From a virus: a stretch of DNA of 64,000 nucleotides. The DNA lies in IMG/VR virus record IMGVR_UViG_3300009657_000001, positions 1-64,000 of that record; one strand, written 5' to 3'. Both the position numbers and the translations under genes were made by a program. The notes below the pieces were generated by a model. The model was not told where the DNA came from and did no database searches. It saw nothing but the letters and a program-made list of their open reading frames with translations. This document shows, piece after piece, positions 41,415-49,119 of the stretch (positions within the stretch are counted from its first letter, which is position 1; every line of letters starts with the position of its first letter).

Positions 41415-41993
41415 ATGTCAGCAAGTCATGTCTGCCCTCACAACGAGCATGTCCACATTACAGGGCGTTGCGCAATCACAGAATGCCCATACCACATGCA
41501 ACGTGTGAAAGACTTGTTTGATATTCCAGAAAAAGAAACAGGATGCTCGTTTTACGACACAGACTTGATGCAAAACGTGTCTGTGAATCGAACACAAATA
41601 TCCGCGTTGAGTCGTGACCCACGTCGCCGTTTATCTCCAAAACTCATGCGTGATTCATACGAAACATCCATCGAGCAAGCAAAAACACTATATTCTTTAA
41701 CACACACGGTTACTGCGGCCCAGCATCACTGCAAAAATTGTGGCTATCCTGGGCGTGCAATTCGATGTGTATCAACAGATGTTTGCAAAGCCCGACGTGA
41801 ATGGGTTAAGTTCATTTGCTCACTGTATCAAATTGAATGCTCAATTACCAAGTTTCAAATCATTTGGGAGTTGCTGTTGAAGAACGAAATATCGGCCAAT
41901 GAAACATCCTTGAAAATGGGATTATCTTTGTGTCAGAGTAAAGACGTTGTTAAAAATCAAAATATCCCACAGCAATGGCTGACAGGAACGTAA
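41415..41993 (+). CDS. Hypothetical Cys/His-rich protein
   Basis: The N-terminus reads CPHNEHVHITGRCAITECPYH. A second cluster reads HHCKNCGYPGRAIRC. Confidence 0.55.
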   Translation: MSASHVCPHNEHVHITGRCAITECPYHMQRVKDLFDIPEKETGCSFYDTDLMQNVSVNRTQISALSRDPRRRLSPKLMRDSYETSIEQAKTLYSLTHTVTAAQHHCKNCGYPGRAIRCVSTDVCKARREWVKFICSLYQIECSITKFQIIWELLLKNEISANETSLKMGLSLCQSKDVVKNQNIPQQWLTGT

Positions 41994-41997
41994 ATAA

Positions 41998-42035
41998 AAG
42001 GCGGAGCGGGGTTAATTCCTCTCTCCGCCTTTTTG
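41998..42035 (+). terminator. Rho-independent terminator
   Basis: GGCGGAG pairs with CTCCGCC and is followed by TTTTTG, directly after the stop at 41993. Confidence 0.7.
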
Positions 42036-42047
42036 CGTTTTGGCTCA

Positions 42048-42059
42048 CCGTAAAGAATA
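42048..42059 (+). promoter_or_regulatory. Phage promoter-like motif CCGTAAAGAATA
   Basis: It ends 36 nt upstream of the ATG at 42095. Confidence 0.5.
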
Positions 42060-42094
42060 CGTGTACAGATTCCCTAAACAAACGAGGTTTTAAC

Positions 42095-42784
42095 ATGGGT
42101 ATTCAAGTAACGCCGATTAAGTCTTTTGCCAAGATCACAGAACTTGCAACGTCGGGTGATCTTTATGTCATCAACAATTCTGACTTGGGCAACAAGCAAA
42201 GCCGTGGCAATGTTGTGATGGACATTGTGGGTGAGAATGGTGCCAGCTTTGGTGTGACCGTACTTGACACCTGGGTTCCGCAAAACCTTGCAAACTTCTG
42301 TGAACCACTGTTGTATTTGAAGTCGAACACGTTCCGTGAACTTGTTGCCAAGGAAATTCTGGTGGTTCTTGATACCAAGAATGCCACCGACATTCTGACA
42401 ACACCTCAGGCTATCCAAGCTGTTCACGAAAAGGATGAAGCTCGTCGTGCATACGCTGCCAACTTGACGGCAAGCACGACGATTTCGGCTGGTCCGGAGA
42501 AGAAGATCAACATCAATACCAACAACAACGGCCTGTCGGAAACGGTAACGACTGAAAAGTCGGCAGCAATCAACCATGATGACAATGAATTGCATCGTCT
42601 TGTTGCCAATTTCAATGCCAATGCGATTTCAGATGAACTTGCAGTACAGGCGTTGTTTACGCTGCGTCCGAGCCTTGACGCACTCAAAGTGGTTGGTGGC
42701 GAGATTGCTAATACATCGAGCCAGTTCTATCTCAAGATCGGCGATATGATTTCCGAAGGCACGACGACACACGTGGGAAACTGA
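42095..42784 (+). CDS. Hypothetical protein
   Basis: ATG at 42095 (MGIQV...) lies downstream of the terminator and the motif. The 41975 start in the ORF track would read through the terminator. Confidence 0.65.
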   Translation: MGIQVTPIKSFAKITELATSGDLYVINNSDLGNKQSRGNVVMDIVGENGASFGVTVLDTWVPQNLANFCEPLLYLKSNTFRELVAKEILVVLDTKNATDILTTPQAIQAVHEKDEARRAYAANLTASTTISAGPEKKININTNNNGLSETVTTEKSAAINHDDNELHRLVANFNANAISDELAVQALFTLRPSLDALKVVGGEIANTSSQFYLKIGDMISEGTTTHVGN

Positions 42785-42787
42785 TTC

Positions 42788-42806
42788 GTTCCGGGCAGAC
42801 CGGAAC
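42788..42806 (+). terminator. Possible terminator hairpin
   Basis: GTTCCGG pairs with CCGGAAC. The T-tract is weak. Confidence 0.4.
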
Positions 42807-43019
42807 TTCTGGTGTCAACCCTAAAAATAAGGTCACAAAGCGATTAATTTCACTTATGTTAGAGTGATTTTTCAAGTTGTTTTTGATGACCTAATCGGTT
42901 ATATTTACCGTGATAGCGATGTAATGTGTATTTAAGTTATGTCGTGGATATATCGCATGGTGTACGCTGCCCCTACTTTAAGGGGCAGTATGAACTTCCT
43001 TAAACTGGGTGGTAAGGAC

Positions 43020-44384
43020 ATGATGCATAATCGGAATATAACTGGGAATAAAATCGAAACATCTGTTTTAAACAATCCTCTTAGCACGAACTTCGTTATA
43101 CCCGAAGCGGTCGTGGAGGAGGTGAATTATAGAGAGCAATCGGACCTACACAATCAACAGAACAAGATCACCATCGAGTTGCTTGAAAAAGCAATCGTGC
43201 ATGTACGGCAATACGATTCACTGGAAACCGCGACAAAGATTGTCGCGAAAGCATTCCACAAATGCCCGTCGATGTATAATCGAAAGCACATCGTTGATGC
43301 ACAGCGATCCCTCAAAGCGGCTATAAAAGCGGACAAATGGGCGAAAAGCCGTCGTCGAAAACGACACGTTGACGCCTCAACAGTACGACGCAACATTGAT
43401 ACCTTCTATGAGAAGGTGGCAGAAACAGTTGAATCCATTCGTTTGGATCTCGACAAACGCAGTCTCACACTTTTTTCGAAGATCAAGAAACAGTACGAGT
43501 CCACGCTTCCTCTTGTGCTCCCCGCAGATAAGAAAGCTGTGAAGAAATCAGCACACATTATTGCAATGTGTGAAAGCAAACCAAGTGACAAATACAAAAC
43601 GACGCGCCTTGAAGGCAACTTGTATCTGATTGAAAACGCGATTGTTGTTGGGATCAATCGCAAAGCCATCAAAACAAAAGCATCGTATACCACAGCAGAC
43701 TACGCAGAAGGACTCGCAAAGCGTTCTGGGAAGACGATCTATACGAGTGCTTTATCACGTCCGTCCGACAACATTGACTGGTATCTTGTTCAAGATTTCG
43801 GAACAAACATCACGTTTGCATCCTTTGCAGACAAGATGGATGTGCATGATAATCCAGAAACAGACGACTTGTCGTTTGAAGGTTATCTAAAGCGACAATC
43901 CGAAGAGAAACGTGTTGCTGAACAATACAAAACAAAACGCCTGCGCGATGTACGTGAAGCGTTTAACACAGACAACATCGCTATCTTCGATGACATTCGA
44001 ACGCTGAAAATTTCTCTGGAAAACATGATCTTCGAACGATCACAAATCGCAATTGAATTCAGCAATATCACTATGCTTGATGGGCATGAGAAAGGTCTTG
44101 ATATAAACCAAGTGTCGCATCTGTACGACAACTCCATGTCGTATCGGAAACAGCTTCAGCACGAAGGTTTGGACTTCTACCGCGCACATCGTATGTCGCT
44201 CAAACAGCGACTTGAGGCCAAAAGCTGCTATTATGATCACGTCGATATCACCAGGAAGATTAAGGAAACACGAGATCGCATTAACTTCTTGGCATCCGAA
44301 TTGGAGCAGCGAAAGAACGTTTACGCACGCAAGTTGGGAATGGTTTCGGAATCAAAATATGTCCACTTTGACGGAACTACCTAA
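43020..44384 (+). CDS. Hypothetical large protein, coiled-coil rich
   Basis: ATG at 43020 follows GGTGGTAAGG. An alternative start is 42939. Confidence 0.6.
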   Translation: MMHNRNITGNKIETSVLNNPLSTNFVIPEAVVEEVNYREQSDLHNQQNKITIELLEKAIVHVRQYDSLETATKIVAKAFHKCPSMYNRKHIVDAQRSLKAAIKADKWAKSRRRKRHVDASTVRRNIDTFYEKVAETVESIRLDLDKRSLTLFSKIKKQYESTLPLVLPADKKAVKKSAHIIAMCESKPSDKYKTTRLEGNLYLIENAIVVGINRKAIKTKASYTTADYAEGLAKRSGKTIYTSALSRPSDNIDWYLVQDFGTNITFASFADKMDVHDNPETDDLSFEGYLKRQSEEKRVAEQYKTKRLRDVREAFNTDNIAIFDDIRTLKISLENMIFERSQIAIEFSNITMLDGHEKGLDINQVSHLYDNSMSYRKQLQHEGLDFYRAHRMSLKQRLEAKSCYYDHVDITRKIKETRDRINFLASELEQRKNVYARKLGMVSESKYVHFDGTT

Positions 44385-44417
44385 CGTTTGTTCCATATCA
44401 CTTTTTGCAGATTCTTC

Positions 44418-44446
44418 TTGCATGAAGAAGGGTGCTGTGTTATACT
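44418..44446 (+). promoter_or_regulatory. Sigma70-like promoter (TTGCAT-17 nt-TATACT with upstream TGTGT)
   Basis: It shares GTGTTATACT with the sites at 32003 and 51521. Confidence 0.6.
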
Positions 44447-44529
44447 AGAGGTGTAGGGTCTCTTAGGTCTTGCGTAGCCCTACGCCTCTATTTTCTATGG
44501 TCTATCATCTATTTTCTAAAGGGACGCGA

Positions 44530-46014
44530 ATGATGCAAAACGAGAGAGCATCGTTGGGGAGTGAATCGAATACTGTGGAACAACCAGACGTCATTACTGA
44601 CATAGTTGATGACGGAACCGGTTGGACAACCGTGGTCGGAAAAATCATGTCAGACGTGGTTTTCGATCTCGATACAGACGAAGATTTGCCGGATGACTAC
44701 AAACATATTCCGGCGCTACCAATAATCGAAGATGATCCGGAATACAATGCTGTTTATCGTACGCTCTACGAACTCGAGCCGTCCGACGATGAAACAGACG
44801 ATATTGAGGAAGTTGGTGGTATGCTGCAAGACGAACTTGCGTCGGAGCGTATTGTAATGCCAAATGCGGATGAAAAGATTGCCGACATTGAATCCCGCTA
44901 CGGCGACGGATTATTGAACGAGACAGAATACTGGCAGCAAAAAGCTTACGTATACAGTCAGGTTGGTGACTTGCAGAAATTCAACGCGTGCATTGATGCG
45001 CTGAACAATGCGATAGCTCACGCTGATGATCCGGTTGAAGAACCGCACGTTACGTTTGAAGACGTTGTGCATTTGGTAGAGCCGACACGCGAAGAACGCC
45101 GCGAACAACTCTTGAAAGAAGTTCGTGAGTTTTATGAACTTCTTGACATGCCGTCGATGGGGCGCAATTTTGCGCAGATGGACGATATCACGCTCGAAGA
45201 ACATCTTGGGTTGTTGCGAAAGAACAACGGCGGTTCGCTCAAGATGGCAGAACTGATTCAGCAGACAGAAATCGAATACGATAATTTGCTGAAGTCTGAA
45301 ACACTGAAAATGCGGATGACGTTGATCGAGCAAAAGTCGGTCGATACCATTGCGATGATGCAGAAGTTGCGTTCTGTTATTGGCAATGACTTTGTTATTG
45401 GTGGTGTGAAAGCCAGTGACTATCATCTGATGTTGAAATCCGCTGTGTCGTTTATCTCGGTGATCCATGATAAAACGACAATGATTGGGCAGCAGCTGGG
45501 GATTAAACTCCCTGTGAATGAACTCAACAAGCGTTTAGATTCGATTCCGATTGTTGAGAACATGCCTGCCGATCCACGTATTGCAATGTGTGTGTTGAAC
45601 GCATTGATGGCATACATGGACAAGTTTCATATGCTACTTGATGCTGGGCGTACGCAAAACATGCGCAGCGAAGATCGCATCCGCGCACTCGAAAACCGCG
45701 AGAAGTTTCTTGCGAAGAATTTGGATGACGCGCAAGCCTACAAAAAGCTTGTTGAAGAACAGTATGAGAAGTATGTTGCGAACAGCGCATACTGGATCAT
45801 CAAAGACAGTGAAGGTCGTATTCTTCGACAGGTAAACCCGGAAGAACCCATTCGACATACGCGTGATCTTGATTTGCGCGGCGACTACGACACAGCCCTT
45901 GTTTTTCCGAGTCGCACACAAGCGCATCATTGGCGAGATCGTTTGATGGGAACACGTCGTTTCCGCAATCACACGCTCAAAGTCAATCGCGTGTCTGTTG
46001 TCGAAGACAACTAA
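44530..46014 (+). CDS. Hypothetical protein with an acidic N-terminal region
   Basis: ATG at 44530 follows AAAGGGA. The TTG at 44470 in the ORF track lies inside the leader hairpin. Confidence 0.6.
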   Translation: MMQNERASLGSESNTVEQPDVITDIVDDGTGWTTVVGKIMSDVVFDLDTDEDLPDDYKHIPALPIIEDDPEYNAVYRTLYELEPSDDETDDIEEVGGMLQDELASERIVMPNADEKIADIESRYGDGLLNETEYWQQKAYVYSQVGDLQKFNACIDALNNAIAHADDPVEEPHVTFEDVVHLVEPTREERREQLLKEVREFYELLDMPSMGRNFAQMDDITLEEHLGLLRKNNGGSLKMAELIQQTEIEYDNLLKSETLKMRMTLIEQKSVDTIAMMQKLRSVIGNDFVIGGVKASDYHLMLKSAVSFISVIHDKTTMIGQQLGIKLPVNELNKRLDSIPIVENMPADPRIAMCVLNALMAYMDKFHMLLDAGRTQNMRSEDRIRALENREKFLAKNLDDAQAYKKLVEEQYEKYVANSAYWIIKDSEGRILRQVNPEEPIRHTRDLDLRGDYDTALVFPSRTQAHHWRDRLMGTRRFRNHTLKVNRVSVVEDN

Positions 46015-46027
46015 ACGGAGGCTCATC

Positions 46028-46492
46028 ATGCAAGTGGCCTTCCTTGAAAAGGTTCCCGGTCTATCTGGGAATAATGCAAAGATGCTCATGCAAACAGCGC
46101 AATCAAATCCAGGTGATAAGGTTGCGATCTTGAAGGCACGCACATTGCTTTCCTTTCTGTGGATGCACAGTTTGTTGAAAGCGGATGAAAGCGGATTTGA
46201 TGGTTGGATCATGTTTTGTGGTCCAACATCGAGCAAAGAAAACGTCGATCTGTTGAAGAACTTCATTTCGATGGGTGTTGTATCAGCACGTGGTGACACG
46301 ATTGACGCTGTAATCGGTATGGTGTATGGTAAGCCAAGTTGGGAACAACCAGGATTGATCGCTATCAAGAACGACATAGAGACGAAAAGTGTATTTATCA
46401 ATTCGTTTCTCAACAGCAGTCAACTGTATCTGAAAAGACACCAAAGCGAAGAAGAACAATTGTTGTCGCATTTCGACGAACACATGAAGTAA
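46028..46492 (+). CDS. Hypothetical protein
   Basis: ATG at 46028 lies 7 nt after GGAGG. Confidence 0.6.
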   Translation: MQVAFLEKVPGLSGNNAKMLMQTAQSNPGDKVAILKARTLLSFLWMHSLLKADESGFDGWIMFCGPTSSKENVDLLKNFISMGVVSARGDTIDAVIGMVYGKPSWEQPGLIAIKNDIETKSVFINSFLNSSQLYLKRHQSEEEQLLSHFDEHMK

Positions 46493-46496
46493 AAGA

Positions 46497-46525
46497 AAGG
46501 CGAGGGATATCCCTCGCCTTTCGTA
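46497..46525 (+). terminator. Rho-independent terminator
   Basis: AAGGCGAGGG pairs with CCCTCGCCTT around a 4-nt loop. Confidence 0.65.
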
Positions 46526-46540
46526 TATTGGGAGCTTTAC

Positions 46541-46993
46541 GTGACACGCATCAATTTGATCTCTGTCAAGCATTTGCTAGACCAGCATTTGGTAGCAGAA
46601 TATCGTGAACTCCCGATGGTGTGTGCAGCGCTCAAGCGTAGTTTGACGGCGAAAAAGATGCCGAAGATTGCGACGCAGTTTCTGCTAAACACTGGTCATG
46701 TGTCATTCTTCTACAACAAACAACACTTCTTAGCGGATCGCTATGCATCGTTGGTGGTCGAACTAACCCGTCGTGGGTTTGTCACAAACAATCCGTTTCA
46801 TCGTGTTAACTGGGGACCATTCGGTTATGTCACGCAAATTGACTGGACACCGCGTCAACGCGATATTGATCTAAGCGTAGACCGCATTATAACGCGCGTT
46901 GAACAAAAACCTTTGTGGTATCGATACAAAAGACAACCCGTTACTTTTGATTGGTACCATGCAGCCTTACAAAAGAGAGGATACAATCTATGA
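46541..46993 (+). CDS. denV: Pyrimidine-dimer DNA glycosylase/AP lyase (T4 endonuclease V family)
   Basis: MTRINLISVKHLLDQHLVAEYRELPMV closely parallels the T4 DenV N-terminus, with the N-terminal Thr2 nucleophile and the catalytic Glu in AEYRE. Also present are GHVSFFYNK and PLWYRY. The start codon is GTG. Confidence 0.85.
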   Translation: MTRINLISVKHLLDQHLVAEYRELPMVCAALKRSLTAKKMPKIATQFLLNTGHVSFFYNKQHFLADRYASLVVELTRRGFVTNNPFHRVNWGPFGYVTQIDWTPRQRDIDLSVDRIITRVEQKPLWYRYKRQPVTFDWYHAALQKRGYNL

Positions 46994-48288
46994 ACTCGGC
47001 TCTGCAATCGTTTATGCATGGTTTCAACTTCGATATCAAAGACGACAGCATTAATGTTGTTGTGGAAGCGTTGAAAACGCATGAAGGTAAGTCTGTGAAG
47101 ATGCAGCTTCCAAATGTGCATCCTGATATCGAAACGCTGGACATTCGGCAAACTGTTTACGCTGATCCAGTTTCGGCCTTCAATGATTACCTTGCGTCGG
47201 TCGCTGCGGATGACATCACATTGTTCTCGTGGTTGAATCAAACGGCAATCTTCGATCTGGTTTCGTCCTTCGTTGAAGAGATTGAAGGGTCGCGCAATGT
47301 TGACGATGTTGTGGTTCAAGATCAAGCGGTTATCACGCTGCACAAGGCCATTATGAAGGATGGTACGTCGCAAGAGCAAATCGCGTGCTCTTTCTTCGTC
47401 GAAGTATCGACATACAACGAAGATGATATCGATGAAACCGATACAACGTGCTACTTCGTCACGTTCACTTGCGATGCTATTTTCCATATGGAGAATGGCA
47501 AGCTGGTGATCACGGATCGTCTTGAAACATCGGATATGAAAACCAACTTCATCGCTGCAACACTGTTTCAAGGCTTCATGCGCGATGTGATGGATTCGAT
47601 CATCTTCGATGAAACCGACGAACAGCATCATTTGGTGATGCAACAGCTTGATACTGAAGAAAACGTCAAGTATGATCGCTTCTTGCAGATTCGCGATCAA
47701 TTGCTGTATGGTGTCAAGAACGGCACGTCACGCATTTACCAAAGCGTCAAGAAAGCATACCCGAATATTACGTTGTCGTATGTGGAAGAGTCGCTCACCA
47801 CAGTCATTCCGAATTTCGATCTTGTTCTGTCTGACAACGAAGCGGCAGTGCAAAGTTATGCAGCCGCACAAGAAATTGATGAAAAGGAAGCTGCCGAAGA
47901 ACTTGAAGTTGATTTGAATGCCGACTTCGATGAATATGCGATGGTGATTGTTGCGTACCAAACGGATGACCCGACTAACATCGAACATGAAGCGGCTTTC
48001 CAGTCTCTCGGTTTCAACTTCGAAGACTCGCTTGTTTTCGATGAAGCAAAGCTGATCAAAGAACTTGATGAAATCAAAGCTGACCAGGAAGACTTCTGGG
48101 AGTCTTTGGATGATGACTTTTATAGCCTCGGCGATATGTCGATCAATCCCGACAAGCCCGAATGGGTGCAGACTTTGTTAATTCCCTTTGTGCGCATTCA
48201 AATCGAACGCATTGAAGACGTTGAAAGCATTGATCCAGAAGCATTGATGGCAACCTTTGAAACGTTTGTTGACGCGAGGGCCAAATAA
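46990..48288 (+). CDS. Hypothetical acidic protein
   Basis: ATG at 46990 forms an ATGA overlap with the denV stop. 432 aa, D/E-rich. Confidence 0.6.
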   Translation: MNSALQSFMHGFNFDIKDDSINVVVEALKTHEGKSVKMQLPNVHPDIETLDIRQTVYADPVSAFNDYLASVAADDITLFSWLNQTAIFDLVSSFVEEIEGSRNVDDVVVQDQAVITLHKAIMKDGTSQEQIACSFFVEVSTYNEDDIDETDTTCYFVTFTCDAIFHMENGKLVITDRLETSDMKTNFIAATLFQGFMRDVMDSIIFDETDEQHHLVMQQLDTEENVKYDRFLQIRDQLLYGVKNGTSRIYQSVKKAYPNITLSYVEESLTTVIPNFDLVLSDNEAAVQSYAAAQEIDEKEAAEELEVDLNADFDEYAMVIVAYQTDDPTNIEHEAAFQSLGFNFEDSLVFDEAKLIKELDEIKADQEDFWESLDDDFYSLGDMSINPDKPEWVQTLLIPFVRIQIERIEDVESIDPEALMATFETFVDARAK

Positions 48289-48289
48289 C

Positions 48290-48655
48290 ATGGCAAAAGT
48301 GTATGGACGGATGCCTGTTCCTCAAGTGAACGGACGTGTTGTAATGTGCGAGTGGGGTCCGAACTATATGTATCGGATTCCACCAGATGACGTGAATGAT
48401 ACTGGGCATGAAACACTGTTGGAGTGCCTCAACGCCTATTATGACTATCTGTTGTCATCAGCAGATTTTGTTGATTTGGTGCATGTCGATACAGGATTTA
48501 AACCAGCGTTTGCCGTGAATGGTGAATTTAAACCTTGCACGCATATGATGATTTTCAAATCCGTTGATATTCGTTTCCCTGTTGCGGAGGACTTTTCACG
48601 CGAGACATTTAAACAGCAAGTTTTGATTCCCAACTTGCTGAAGATTATCTTCTAG
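48290..48655 (+). CDS. Hypothetical protein
   Basis: ATG lies 2 nt after the upstream stop. Confidence 0.55.
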   Translation: MAKVYGRMPVPQVNGRVVMCEWGPNYMYRIPPDDVNDTGHETLLECLNAYYDYLLSSADFVDLVHVDTGFKPAFAVNGEFKPCTHMMIFKSVDIRFPVAEDFSRETFKQQVLIPNLLKIIF

Positions 48656-48671
48656 CAATGAGCATAACAGT

Positions 48672-49109
48672 ATGAACTTCTTCTCTCCCTTTGCTGCAAT
48701 TGTTGCAGCCCCCAACGCTCGCTTGGAACCTACTGCCGTGTACATTTCGTGCGCACAGTTGAACAACAAGAAAAGCTTGTACATCACACTCACGGAACAA
48801 TCGGTTATCGATCACCTTGGATTTGAACATCGCACATTTGTGCGTGTACAAGGTGTTATTCGTCATGGTGTGCCATGTATGACGCTTCGTCGAGCGAAGG
48901 GTGTGGGAGAGGGGAAAATTACACGATACAATGAATACACGCGTATTAAAGCAGATGCTCTGACATTTCTCCCAGCAGAATTACACGACAAGAAGCATGT
49001 TGAGGCGTTTTTCGATCCGGTTGCCAAAACAATGCTTGTTTATCTCCCACTCGATTACAAGCCTTCACACGTCTTTGACCAACAACCTCATATAAGCATT
49101 GAAAAATAA
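48672..49109 (+). CDS. Hypothetical protein immediately upstream of terL; a small-terminase role is possible only by position
   Basis: 145-aa ORF. I recognised no motif. Confidence 0.5.
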   Translation: MNFFSPFAAIVAAPNARLEPTAVYISCAQLNNKKSLYITLTEQSVIDHLGFEHRTFVRVQGVIRHGVPCMTLRRAKGVGEGKITRYNEYTRIKADALTFLPAELHDKKHVEAFFDPVAKTMLVYLPLDYKPSHVFDQQPHISIEK

Positions 49110-49119
49110 GGTTGGAGAA

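Noticed and set aside
41975-42094. The extended N-termini proposed by the ORF track, for example 41975 for the 42095 gene. Similar cases are 28277, 28880, 35738, 44470, 45998, 49099, 51545, 52955 and 59131.
   Set aside because: The extensions start at TTG/GTG or weak ATG codons without an RBS. In several cases they read through terminator hairpins or promoter motifs. Downstream ATGs with good Shine-Dalgarno spacing were preferred.
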